A stretch of 54,124 bases of DNA, filler included, from Catajapyx aquilonaris (GCA_000934665.2; 2 parts of 2 records of this genome joined end to end with filler, not necessarily neighbours in it); one strand, 5' to 3'. Positions 36,818-48,891 are shown, counted from the first letter of the whole stretch. Numbers and translations are program-made. The notes: generated from the sequence alone by a model not told the origin.

Positions 36818-39800
36818 TAGTCCGGGTGCTAAGGGACAAAATGGGCGTCAACTTTGCATTTTGTGATAAAAGCATGACACTCGGTACTCTCGCTCTTTGG
36901 GCCTTTCTGAACATATCTGGACGTGGAGCAACAATACCTGACCCTGCGGGTCACGCGTATTGCGGGTTGTCTACCAGCAAGGGGGTGTTCCCTTTCACCC
37001 GCTGCACCAGGTGAACGGTTAACGTTAGGTCACTGGTTCCTTCGTTATTATGGTCTACATACTATGAGGATTAAACATTGTCACGAGTACGTTGGTCGTA
37101 TTTGCTTAAATTAGCGTGCAAACTGCCACAAGGTGATTTTTTGTAAGGTAAGTTTAGGAGTTACGGTCTTTTACTGATCACTGAGGCATTTTATGAGGAA
37201 AAGCTTTAAATAAAAAGTGCGTAAAACACCTTTATTAATTATAATGATCTCTACGGGTTCTTTCCTCCGAGGAATATTTGCGGTGCTATGGAGGATCGAA
37301 CCCCACATCTGCGCGCGTGCAGGCTGCGATGGGGGAATCGGTCTGAGGCCGCGCGCGCCCGCTCTCTCATGTGGCGGTTACGCCGGGATTTGGGGGGAAT
37401 AAAGTACACAAGGGTTGGCTAATAACTACTATATTACAATATGGGAGTACCGTTCATAAAGAATGGTACGACTCTATATTGATAAATGTGTACCCTGTTC
37501 TCAACCCTTGGGTGCGCGACAGTATGCACATTTCGCAAATGAGAGATTGCGGTGTGGAACTCAGTCACTTCTACATCCGATCAAACACAACAAATTCCCT
37601 CTCTTCAGTAGGCCCGGTGTAGGTTCTTATTCTTCCACGGCACTGAAAAGAAAGGTCTCTAACCTGAAAAATGACTGTGCTTTGTTTGGCAGACTGTATG
37701 TCGCATGCCAGAGCAGAAATGGCAACCTGGATGATTTTTTTGCCCATGAAAATCAGGTCAATCCAGCAGCTCTGTCAAAATCGGGACAAATGAGAAGCTG
37801 CAATAAAGCTGATCTCACAACATGTCGGCCAGCCCAAGCAGTACAGGTAAATCATCACCTGCAGTCCAGTGCAAAATTCTCGATGGTGCAGCACTGGTGC
37901 ATATCTTGACTCCTGGCACATCCGAGACCTTTAGTGAATATGTCCAAAAAGTATTTAAAAAAAAGTATTTATGCCCTTATGAGAGAAGCAGATATCTATT
38001 CACGCATTGATGTCGTGTGGGACAGATACGATCCAGACAGTTTGAAGAATTCTACAAGAATAAGCCGGGGCTCTGGTTCACGAACTAAAGTCAACTTGTC
38101 CACAAGAATTCCAAAGAGCTGGCCCAATTTTCTAAGGTATACTCCAACAACAAAGATGAGCTCTTCCAGCTTATTTCAAGGTGTATTTCCAAAGAAACCT
38201 GGAATGGCACGGAGGTATATACGTCTTTGGTAGATGGTGTCCTTACAAATGTTGAGCGAAAGGACATGCAAAACGTCACACCATGTGACCACGAGGAAAC
38301 CGACGCAAGGATGCTGCTGCATGCTGCAGACGCTGTGTCAAGGGGTTTCAAGTCAGTCATGCTTCGAACAGTGGACACAGATGTTCTTGTGCTGGCTGTA
38401 ACCTATACGCTACCAAAATTAAGGACATAGAAGAACTGTGGGTTTCACTTGGTGTTGGAAACCATCACCAGTATATCGCCGCTCACTGTATCGCTGCAGA
38501 TCTCGGTAAGTACATTTTTGTACTCGGTGGCGAAAGCGGCTACAAAAATATACAGGTTCTTAAGGCGTCATTTTCTCCAGGTCCACATAAGTCTCTTAGC
38601 ACGACCTGCTTTCCATGCTTTTATGGGATGTGACTCCGTCTCATCGTTCGCTGGCAAAGGGAAGAAAACAGCATTTGAGGCGTGGAATGCTTATATCCGA
38701 AAGCCACGAATGGTTTCCTCTTGATGATTACCGATGGAAAAATGTAAGAGGCAACAGACGACATTGGGAAGTTCACCGTCACTTTGTACGACAGGTCGTC
38801 TGGCTTGACCAGTGTCAACGAGTGTTGAAAATCATTATTCACAAAGAAGAACAGGCAACTTGACTGCATTCCGCCAACATCAGACGCTCTTCAGCAACAT
38901 GCACGGCGAGCAGCTTATCAAGGTGGATTCATTTGGGGACTGGGGTCAGGTCTACGTCCGCTTCTGGCATTACCCACACCGGAAGAATGGGGCTGGAGGA
39001 AAGAAAATAATAGTGTGGTTAGGGTTGGACAATGATACCTCCGGCGACACAGTCGTGCTGCAAGGAGCTCATTCGTTGTGGGTGCAAAGAACCTTGCGGA
39101 GTCCGGTGCAAATGCGTCAAAGCAGATCTCCCATGCACTGAACTTTGTGCTTGTGACGGAGAGTGCGGTGATGACGAAGTGCCTTGATAAGTTTGTTTTG
39201 TTGCGGAAAGAAATCCCGACGTGTCCGTACCGAGATTAATAGGTTTATCGCAGAAAGCAAGCTCACTTTGCAGGTATATATGCTGGTGAGTTGCGTCTGC
39301 TACATAGGCAACACGTTAATGTGCCCCCCCTCCCCCGCGGGGTCAGGCATCGTGTCTCCACATCCAGGTGTGTTAATAAAGGCCCAAAGAATGAGTGTAC
39401 TGAGTTTCATGCTTATATCCTAAAATGCAAAGGCATTTGAGAGCGCCGAGTGAGCGCGCGCGGCCTCACACCGATTCCCCCATCGCAGCCTGCACGCGCG
39501 CAGATGGGGTTCGATCCGCCGTAGCACCGTAAATATTCCTCGGAGGAAAGAACCCGTAGAGATCATTATAATTAATAAAGGTGTTTTACGGACTTTTTAT
39601 TTAAAGCTTTTCCTCATAAAATGCCTCAGTGACCAGTAAAAGACCGTAACTCATAAACTTACCTTACAAAAAATCACCTTGTGGCAGTTTGAACGCTAAT
39701 AACAGCAAATACGACCAACGTACTCATGACAATATTTAATCCTCATAGTATGTAGACCATAATAACGAAGGAACCAGTGACCTAACGTTAACCGTTCACC

Positions 39801-39982
39801 TGGTGCAGCGGGTGAAAGGGAACACCCCCTTGCTGGTAGACAACCCGCAATACGCGTGACCTGCAGGGTCAGGTATTGTTGCTCCACGTCCAGATATGTT
39901 CAGAAAGGCCCAAAGAGCGAGAGTACCGAGTGTCATGCTTTTATCACAAAACGCAAAGTCATTTCCCTTAGCACCCGGACTA
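36818..39982 (+). mobile_element. Academ (AcademX-type) DNA transposon, internally deleted, ~540-bp TIRs
   Basis: TAGTCCGGGTGCTAAGGGA...TCCCTTAGCACCCGGACTA termini. Arms 36818-~37365 and ~39440-39982 are reverse complements. Interior encodes XPG-like nuclease plus Cys-rich remnants. TSD not exact (GTAA/TTAA). Confidence 0.8.
37530..39187 (+). pseudogene. Academ transposase C-terminal part (XPG/PIN-like nuclease + CXC/Cys8 finger), multiply frameshifted
   Basis: Across frames: FFAHENQ, ILDGAALVH, RIDVVWDRY, PCDHEETDARMLLHA, RTVDTDVLVL, FHAFMGCDSVSSFAGKGKK, PPTSDALQQHARRAAYQ, and CGCKEPCGVRCKCVKADLPCTELCAC...stop at 39187. No N-terminal DDE part seen. Confidence 0.8.
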
Positions 39983-40813
39983 TTAACAACATTTCAGGTG
40001 ATAGGCTTTTTTATGGTTCCAAAAATAATGTCCAACATAGGGAGCTGACCAACTTGACAGGTTTTGCTGTATTAGATGAATCTGGATCAGAGAGATCATA
40101 TGAAGAGCACAGGGGAAAAACGGGGAATGTCACAGAAAAAATGTCCATGAAAAATTGAAGAAATAGCTTTATTTCTTCACGTGTCTAAAGAATAATAGGG
40201 ATATCTTCACGTCATTATATGCAACTGTCACCCTTGTACCCATGGAAAGCCTCCAGGTATAAGTGTCACCTATGCTACTATTGTACTGTGCACTTGGCAG
40301 GAACCCCAACGGAATTGGACATTCCCCGTTTTTCCCCTGTGCTCTTCATATGCATTTTGGGTGGGTTCACAAATGATAAGCTAGTGACAATGGGTTGGTT
40401 TTTTGTCCCACTGCTAGTTAGCATTACCACTATCAACAATTAGCAACCATGGTAACCTATGAGAAAGCTTATGGAAGAATCCTCACTGGCAGAAGCAGGC
40501 TGCTAGCAGAGACTAGCTAGAAGGGCTGAAGTCAAGTATACGGGACAGGTCGTCAAATCAATTAGGAAACAGTACTGCCCCTTTGATTCATTGTTTTGTG
40601 TGGGTTTAAAGTGGGGGAAGTGACCAGGGACCCCGGAATTAATTCCTCAAGCTTCACCAGAATACAGATGGGATCATTGTCATCACTCAGGTCGAATCAT
40701 AAGTTGCTAGGTTACAAACAAATTGATTAGGCAAATGTCCCGTTCCCGTATACTTGACATGAGCCGTTAGAAGTAGGCTGACGAAAATCCCACCCATTAA
40801 TTTTTAATACATA

Positions 40814-41723
40814 CTAGCAGGTTACCCGGCGTTGCCCGGGTATGTTGGGATGCTGTTAAAGGTACGGGTACATATATTTTAGGAAGTGTGTTTGTTTGTA
40901 AAATTTGCGTTCCATACACTGGAACTCGATACACCTTAAAATAAGGCCAAGTTACAATAAGCCAAAGTTTGTCACTATCTATGATAGATTGCCTGCTTTG
41001 GTTATAGCGTAGTCAATGTAGACATTTTGATTGGATGTGTAAAAAGAGGAATGGGGATGGAGTTGTCCCAGGAAAAGACTGCACAGCCATGTTTTTTTCC
41101 CCAGAATATTTGACCCCATGACCCCTCAACCCCACCTCACACCCCCACCTCTTTCCAACTGTTTGCCCTGAAGAACTTGAGAAATGTACGCACATACAGA
41201 TGCCTGGTGGGAAATTTTGTTTTCAACACTGCGTAATTATTTTTTTTAAATCATTTTTCTTGTATTTATTTGCGTCGAGAAGTCTAATTTCAAATCTACA
41301 AAATCCCAGAATGACCATACCATATGAACTCACGTGAGGTGGCCAATTAGCGTAATTGGCGGATGAGTTGAATAATTTACGGCGATGGGACTTGTAAAAA
41401 AAAAAAAAAGAGGCGCAAGATATATAAATGCATAAGGGCATTTCCATGGGATTGCGAACTTGGGAAAAGATAAATTGTCGTTGTTGCTATAGAAGTTGAT
41501 GTAATTATGTTAATTGTTGAGGTGCGAGTAGGGGAAGATTCGGGAATATGCGTGTTGTGGGAGTTAGGTTCATTTTCGGAAGCTGAAACATGCGGCGTTA
41601 GATTCTTTGGAAAATGTAACCCCTGATATGCTAATTTAAGGCGGTGTAGGGGCCTTCCCCTGGATTTCTATAAGGGACAAACAAACTCACAAAATCACTA
41701 ACTAACTAAAATATAAATATAGA
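40814..41723 (-). mobile_element. complete non-autonomous Helitron (910 bp)
   Basis: On the minus strand: A|TCTATATTTATA...CCCGGGCAACGCCGGG-TAACCTG-CTAG|T. This gives 5' TC, a subterminal GC hairpin, 3' CTAG, A/T target and no TSD. Confidence 0.85.
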
Positions 41724-42317
41724 TGTGTCATTCTGAAGTCAGCTCCTTCCACATTGTTGACGTCATTGCCAATGTCAACAACTCCAGAAGGAGCTGATTG
41801 GGGAATGGCACCAATTTAAATGAAAGAAATGTAGCGTAAATGATATGTGACCAATCTTGAAGTCCCTTTCTCACACATGGAGTGATACCATCTATGATGA
41901 AAAAGTGCATTTTTGTTTCAGAATTATTTTTGTTGTTGTTGTTCAGAAGCACGTGCCTTTAGGTTCCAGCTCTTCTACGCCTTTGCATATATTCTTGTCA
42001 CCTCTGCCCCTTGGATACCAGTGGTTCCAGTGGGCCTTTCTGACTGGAATCATCTCAAAAATTCATTGTAATTCAAACCCTCAAAGAATGTTTCTGTTCA
42101 ACATAAGATCAACAATAATAATAATAATAATGGATACCGCATGATAAGATCAACAATAAGCACATGGATAATCCCTAAGAGTAGCTATTCATAAGTAACC
42201 ACTGAATAATAAGCCACTTAGGGTCAGTTGATTCAACTCAAATGAAGGAGAAAACCACTGATTATGTATTGTGAATACCTATACATACCATAGTGCCATG
42301 CATATAGCAACATGCTG

Positions 42318-42548
42318 CAGGGGTCGAATTTTAACATTTTTGTCCAGATGCAAAGTTTGCACTCCATACTTTAATCTGGAGTGCAAATCACGTACTTGGA
42401 GTGCTTAATTTTTAATTACTGGGTATGGCCATGTATAAAAGCAGAGCCAATTGGAGTGCAAACTTTGCCCTCCAAGGCTCAGTTTGGAGTGCAGATGACA
42501 ATTTTGGAGTGCAAATTGCACCTTTGCATCCGAATATTTTGACCCCTG
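42318..42548. mobile_element. hAT-like MITE
   Basis: CAGGGGTCGAATTT / ATTTTTGACCCCTG termini and subterminal GGAGTGCA repeats. 8-bp TSD not recognisable. Confidence 0.6.
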
Positions 42549-42786
42549 ATGTTTGTATAAAATAAAGTTGGCCAGGAGACCAGTGTACCCCAAGGAGTCT
42601 CCCAGCCAGTATAAAGTACAGTGAAACTGGCATTAATGTGAAGTGGCATAAATTGAAGCAGGGCATAAACCAGGTACTTTCTGTATTATTATACTGTTAC
42701 AGTTGTAATTACACTGGAATACCCCAGGTTAAGAATGACAGATATCTTTTCCAGTACTGTTACACCTTCTTTCCCACTTTTTGTAG

Positions 42787-42948
42787 GTTGGCAGTACACT
42801 TGCTTGACCACATGTATGCCAAGAAGCCACACACTGCAGGCAGCAAGAAAGATACACCCCTTCCTAAACTGACTGACCATGCCTATTCATCTAATAATAC
42901 ACACAAGAATAACAAGGAACAGGAAAGCAAAGGGAAACTAGAAGCTGG
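42787..42948 (+). CDS. probable internal exon of an unidentified nuclear protein (two DHxY motifs)
   Basis: Pyrimidine tract + TTTTGTAG acceptor, GG|GTGAGT donor, 162 nt, phase 2-2. Open frame LAVHLLDHMYAKKPH...LTDHAYSS...KLEA. Confidence 0.55.
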
Positions 42949-43012
42949 GTGAGTTCAACTTTCCTGAAGATTGCTCAATCTGGTGGTATTTTGTAGGATA
43001 CATTCACACTTA

Positions 43013-43320
43013 TACTGTACTCCTGATTATCTGGGCTAATGGCTGCATGGGTGTTGCCAGATAATTGGAAAACACGGAAAATGGTCCTAGATACTGTAAA
43101 ATGAGCTATTCACAGGTTTTTAATGAAGGACTGTACATATTGTGTATTCTGCTTTAATATTTAATCGAAATTAGAAAAATTTCTGTAGATTTTTAGTGTG
43201 TCTTCTCGAAAAAGTATGTTGTATTGATTTGTTTGCGAGAAAAATTGACATTTCTTTTGGACTTCCCCTTGTTTTAGCCATGCATGGATAATCCGCACCC
43301 GGATAATCGGGAGTACAGTG
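43013..43320. mobile_element. Tc1/pogo (Tigger-like) MITE
   Basis: TA|TACTGTACTCCTGATTATCTGGG ... CCCGGATAATCGGGAGTACAGTG|TA. Confidence 0.7.
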
Positions 43321-44947
43321 TATTACAATGTTCCTACTCGAGCAGTGGCTGAGGGGTGTTATTGGTGGGATGGGGAGTCTCACATCCTGGCAGTAATAGC
43401 TTTTCAGAATGCCTTTGGCTGTCAATTTGCAGGTAGGGGTGTCTTTCAGATAAGTTTTTGTCAAAAAAATTCATGTTGAGGCAACTTAAAGTGATGTTTT
43501 CTGTTGAGTTGTAAATACTGATTGCACTAATTAAAACATCAGGGACAGAGAACCTGAAAATCTGTTGGCAGGAATGTTGTGGTGGACACCTTTTTCTGTG
43601 GGTTCAAAATGCTGAATAGCCTCACTTAGCATAGGAAAACTTGGAATGGATTGGTAATGGATTGTCCATGAAAATATTGCAAGTGCAAATATTACATTTT
43701 TGAGAAAAATGCCTTTGTTTTGGACCAAACGGGGGAAAAAATCTTCCTTTGGCCAGGACTACATGGTAACATTACTGCATTTCAAAAATTTCACTTGAAT
43801 GGGTTAAGAAGCAAAAGAATTGAAAAGCTCTTGAGAACCAGTATGAACTGTATTGATTATTTGACTGTAGAGAGCTCTACACGCATGAAGAATCATGAAA
43901 TTATGTATGGCGGCAGTATACTGATGCTTATGGTTGCTGTGACATCTGATCATGAAAAGGTAATTTGTGAAATGTACCTGAGTTTCAAGTCTCAGAATAA
44001 AATGGGAGTAGTAATCAAGAGGACCAATCTGGAGGGGAAATGGATCACTCCTTGCTCACTCCATTTCACATTTTCACTGACAAGTGAGAGCCACTCTAAA
44101 ATATGACCACCCGGATCAGCCGTCTGACACTCTTACCTCTATGCAGTGTTCTAAACTGAGAATATAAGCAGATCGCCAAGTGGTATCTGAAACCAAGGTG
44201 TGGTCTCCAAAACTGAATGTCTAGTTGCGATACTTGTTTTAAACATTATGTCACATTTTCAATACCGTATTACCTCACTTAAAGTAGCATGCCGGTATTA
44301 CCCGGGGGTATCCAGCATGCCGCAATAACCTAGGTAGATTTCCATCATTTTGATCCTTGTCCAATTTTTTGGAATGCATCTGGTACTGTACTGAAATAAT
44401 GTTACAGTGAAAAATGTGTGAGTACAGGCCTGCAGGGCTGTGAGAATATTCAAGTTCATCTGTTGTACAGGGCATAGAGTGTGACTAATTCCATATTCAG
44501 CCTGCTCTGAGAGGGGAACCCCTCTAAACATTACACATACAATGGTTCTAGGAACATTCCTTCAGTCCTTTGTTTTGCTCAATAGTTCACTGGTCGCAGA
44601 TCTCGTTGGCAATCAAAGGATCACTACTTTGTGTAGTGATATCAATTTGTCTGAGAAGCCTTGTTATTCACAAGGGAACTTCACAAATGTGTAGATGGAT
44701 TTGCTGAATGAAACTTGGCACAATAATAAAGGCAGGTAGTAAGTCATCCACCAAAATGCAAACCGTTTCAGCTGAACGATACAAGGTCAAAAGTTATGAC
44801 CTCTCGAAGTCATAGTGGACAAAAGATTTGAGATAATCTCAGTCTCTTTGGCCAATGTAGTAATTTGTCCCTCCTCTTTCTAAAGACATCCTTAAATTTT
44901 TCAAATAATAACATGTTCGCAGATAAGCACATCAGTGTGATTATTTT

Positions 44948-45885
44948 CAGTGTTCGAAATTGGGATACATAGGCAGGTCGCCAGTGGCACCTGATATGTA
45001 TAGCATGGTCGCCAAAACTGTATGTCTAGTCGCCATTATTTTATTTTATTATATATCATTACTGTTCCATAGCACAAAATCGCCTATAGTTATAGTGTAC
45101 AGCGGTAATATGCTTCACAATTCAGAAGCATATTTTTTTACCAACTGCTTCTTTTTAGACATGGAACTGCAATAATAGCCTACACAAATCACATCAATGA
45201 TGGATTCACTTTGTTCCTCGGTGTTGATTTTATGCTGGCAGACTCCTCTTCTTCCTCGTCAGCTGGTTTGCTGACTTTGGCAATGCTACTGCCCACAAAA
45301 AAATCCGAAATCTTGCGTTTTGCCATTTTCCTTGGGAGAGCACTTCTCGAGTCCGATCCGCCTCTCTTGCCGACTGCGACTCGAAATCAGTCGAAAGACT
45401 ATCTAAGACTATTTCGAAACTTCTCTCTCTCCCCCGTCCCCGTCCCCCCCTCCCCCTCAACCCTCAAGGCCTCAATGCACTCATGACTTATACCGGTCAT
45501 CGACCTTGGACCTTCTTCACCACACCTTCCCTGTTCCCTCCACCCTCCTCCTAATTAGGTCCATCCTGCCCCGCTTTCCCCTACATCTGGCTGTGACCCC
45601 GCGTAGCCGAGTCCTTCCTGCCATCCTGCAACCTTATTTACCCCAACTTGGAACTTGAACTTGACCCCCGGAGTGAGGACCCCAATAAATACCAGGCGCG
45701 CTTCATGATAATGAGCCACCAACAGAATCAGCACTGCAGGAACGAAATTGAAAATACGAGGCAGAAATACAGTATTGGGAGGGAAAGCTAGTCGCCAAAG
45801 TGGCGACTAGCCATCTTTATTCAGTCGCCAATGGATAACCTAAAGTCTCGAAATGCGACTGGTGACCGGTTAATTTCGAACCCTG
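44948..45885 (-). mobile_element. internally deleted hAT element (938 bp)
   Basis: TIRs CAGTGTTCGAAATT / AATTTCGAACCCTG. Exact 8-bp TSD ATTATTTT (44940-44947 / 45886-45893). Subterminal GTCGCCA repeats. Minus-strand MAKRKISDFF... from 45326. Confidence 0.88.
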
Positions 45886-46176
45886 ATTATTTTTAGACAT
45901 GGAGCAGGTTGAGATCTGCATGTGCTGCTGAGAAACCTGTGCTTACTCCTAAACAAGTAGTCGTGAATACCACAGAAATTATTTTCCTGGCAGCTAGCTA
46001 GTGCATGCAGATTCTGTGCGCCTCGTTAGTTGGGAGAAACAACAATCCATTCCAAAATGGCAATGTTTACAGATCAGGTGCAAAGAGATACGAGGTGAAT
46101 CAATGAATTCTGAGCCTGATATAGATGGAGTTGATCTACAATGACATACTTCTACCAACTTGTAGTGGCACTCATT

Positions 46177-46871
46177 GGGTGGTTGTAAAGTAACTGCCTA
46201 TTGGAAATGTGTAATAAAATTGTCAAATATTGTTCGATTTTCATGAAACAAGTTTTATTCTGTACCTTACAATGGGAGAATTTAAACTCCCACCAGTATG
46301 CAACTCCACGGCCCCAGGTGGCAGCAGCAGTCCCGATACCAGTAAAAATGGCGCAGCTGGCGTCCCGTTTTGAAGTCGGGGGTCGGTGGTTAAAGTGCAG
46401 AGATGGTGGCGATACATACACGGACCTCGTGCCACAGTTCACTCGAGGACCATAAAGAACTGCCATTCGAAGCTGATGAGCACGGGATCCGTGATGGACA
46501 GCCATAGGAGTGGTCGTCCGTTGACATCGAGGACAGAGGAAAACGTGGCACCGCGATGGTTCGCCCATATCAGCTTCGAATGGCAGTTCTTTATGGTCCT
46601 CGGATGAACTGTGGCACGAGGTCCGTGTATGTATCGCCACCATCTCTGCACTTTAACCACCGACCCCCGACTTCAAAACGGGACGCCAGCTGCGCCATTT
46701 TTACTGGTATCGGGACTGCTGCTGCCACCTGGGGCCGTGGAGTTGCATACTGGCGGGAGTTTAAATTCTCCCATTGTAAGGTACAGAATAAAACTTGTTT
46801 CATGAAAATCGAACAATATTTGACAATTTTATTACACATTTCCAATAGGCAGTTACTTTACAACCACCCTG
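46177..46871. mobile_element. Tc1/mariner-superfamily foldback made of two copies of one element's 5' end, nested in the mariner
   Basis: 301-bp arms 46177-46477 / 46569-46869, nearly identical. Right terminus ...CAACCACCCTG|TA. Encodes an HTH-type N-terminus VQRWWR...TIKNCHSKLMSTGSVMDSHRSGRP. Confidence 0.85.
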
Positions 46872-46957
46872 TATATCAGCAAGTTTAATTCTAATTGAAT
46901 CCTTCCACCAGGAGTACTTGAACCTTGTATGGGTGAAAGTGTGGGCCTGTCCTGATA

Positions 46958-48013
46958 ATGGACAAACTCGAGGCACCTGCAGTGATAAGACACCTCCCCA
47001 AAAAAGAGTAGTGCCCCAAGGACATCCACGAAGTGATGTTACAAGTAGGAGATGACGATGCCCCGTCATATGCTACAGTCAAAAGGTGGGCACGAGAATT
47101 CAAGATGGGTCAGGAGAGTTTGCAAGATGACCCCCGCCCAGGCGGTCCATCAACTTCGGTCACCGAGGAAAACGTGGACAGAATCCATGACATGGTGATG
47201 GCTGACAGGCGACTCACCATCCAGCAGATAGCCATGGCGGTGGCCATCTCTTTTGGCAGTGTCCAGTCAATCCTGACGAAACCCTTGGAAATGCACAAGC
47301 TTTCAGCGCGTTGGGTACCTCGCCGCTTGACACCAGATCAGAAGAGGACTCGTGGGATCACATCTGAAGAGTCATTGGAGGTGTATCGACGGGACACTGC
47401 CGCTTTCTTGGGTCGCTATGTGACTGAAGAGGAAACATGGCTTCATCATCATTGCCCAGAACCCAAAATGCAGAGTAAGGAGTGGTGGCATCATGGATCT
47501 CCACCCCCACGAATGTCTCATGTCGTTCCATCGGTGGGGAAGGTGATTGCGTCGTTTTTTTGGGATTGTGAAGGGGTTCTCTTGGTGGACAGTCTGCCAC
47601 ATGGACGCACTATCACAGGAGACTACTACTACAACCTTTTCCACCAGCTGCGCGAGACCATCACGGAGAAGAGGCCCGGAAAACTGACCCAAGGGCTGCT
47701 GCTCCACCAAGACAAAGCTCCAGCCCATACCTCAAGCATTGCACAGGTGGCGGCTCACGATTGTGGGTTTGAATTTCGCCCCCATCCCCCCTATTCCCCA
47801 GATTTGGCCCCTCCAACTATCACCTCTTTCCAAAACTCAAAGAGAGCCTGTGTGGGGCTCATTCTTCTGGTGATAATGAAGTGATCAGTGCTATGCATGA
47901 GTGGTTGGGTGGGGTAGGGAAAGATATTTTTTTTACATGGAATACAGAAGTTGGAGCACAGATGGCAGAAGTGCATTAGTGATCAGGGGGACTATGTTGA
48001 AAAGTCTCAATAA
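46958..48013 (+). pseudogene. mariner transposase pseudogene
   Basis: MDKLEAPAVIRHL... then frameshift, SYATVKRWAREF, WVPR, YVTEEETW (first catalytic D replaced), LHQDKA, PYSPDLAP, frameshift, ...GDYVEKSQ*. Confidence 0.93.
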
Positions 48014-48383
48014 ATTGGTGATTATTTAAAAAGTCTTTCTATGCGAGGCTCAGAATTCATTGATTCACCCTCGTATTTTGGTGGGTACTAGTCACGTGTC
48101 TTGTAGGGGCACCTCGAAAGTGTCATGCTATTTAGTATGTAATTCGAAAGTGACATATTGAAGTTGTCTTCTGAGCATGGCACTTTGAATCAGAGGAGTA
48201 TGAGTTAAGAGAGAATCACTAATGTTGCATATGGGCAGTCCTGTCACAAGGCATTTTATTGCTGGATACAAAAAGAAATCAAATACATGTACGACATGGT
48301 AAACTTTCACTTGTCTAAAAAGTTGTGAAATGTGTTGTTTCTCACCTTCGGTGTGGAAATTTAACATATGCTTAATTTTTCAG

Positions 48384-48891
48384 TGGGGCGGAACTTGCAG
48401 TGACCCTGAAGAACCGCCTCTCCACTTCCTCTCCTTCAACTGTCAGTAGCTCCCAACCAGCCAAGCCCCCAAAGAAAACTACTACCAGAGCCTCCAAAAC
48501 TCGAGCTCATGCTGTGAGGCCGAAGAAGCAACAGAAGCCAAAGCCCAAGACCCCAGCACAACCTGCCCGCCGTACCGTTGCCAACAGGAAGAAACCACCC
48601 CCAGCTCGACGCAAGGCTGCTAGCACTCCACCTGCACCTGCACGTGGGAAGAAAAGCGGCCCTAAGCCTCCCTCTTATGGCCCCAAGCTTACCCGGTACA
48701 TGGCCGCCATCTCAGTTCGCAACATTATAAACTCCAGTTCCAGGTCCAGGGCAAACAACAATACAGAGGCAGAGGAGAGCGTGGCAACCCGGAGCAGGAC
48801 TAGTGGGGGGGGTAAGACAAGGAAGACTGTAAGTAATGCTGCACAGCCAGCGGCGCCCAAGAAGGCTATGCCGCGGAAAAGGAAGCGATAA
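48384..48891 (+). CDS. probable terminal exon encoding a Lys/Arg/Pro/Ala/Ser-rich basic region ending PRKRKR
   Basis: TTTTTCAG acceptor with upstream CTTAAT branch-like site. Phase 2, compatible with exon 42787-42948 (GG|T = Gly). 168 open codons with histone-tail-like composition. Confidence 0.6.

Larger units (their letters stand above)
46091..48073 (+). mobile_element. full-length decayed mariner element with nested insertion
   Basis: TA|CGAGG-TGAATCAATGAATTCTGAGCCT ... AGGCTCAGAATTCATTGATTCACCCTCG|TA. Confidence 0.93.

Noticed and set aside
41165..41190. CTGAAGA...GAAA, also CTGATGA at ~1523, ~20508 and ~46473, as hammerhead cores
   Set aside because: No properly placed stem II, GAAA, stem III and cleavage triplet could be built.
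43871..43959. AG...GT-bounded segment inside the candidate 42949-48383 intron
   Set aside because: Contains a stop in the phase needed to join the flanking exons.
48400..48891. Histone H1 or protamine gene call
   Set aside because: Composition is similar but there is no globular winged-helix domain or ATG start. It begins at a splice acceptor.
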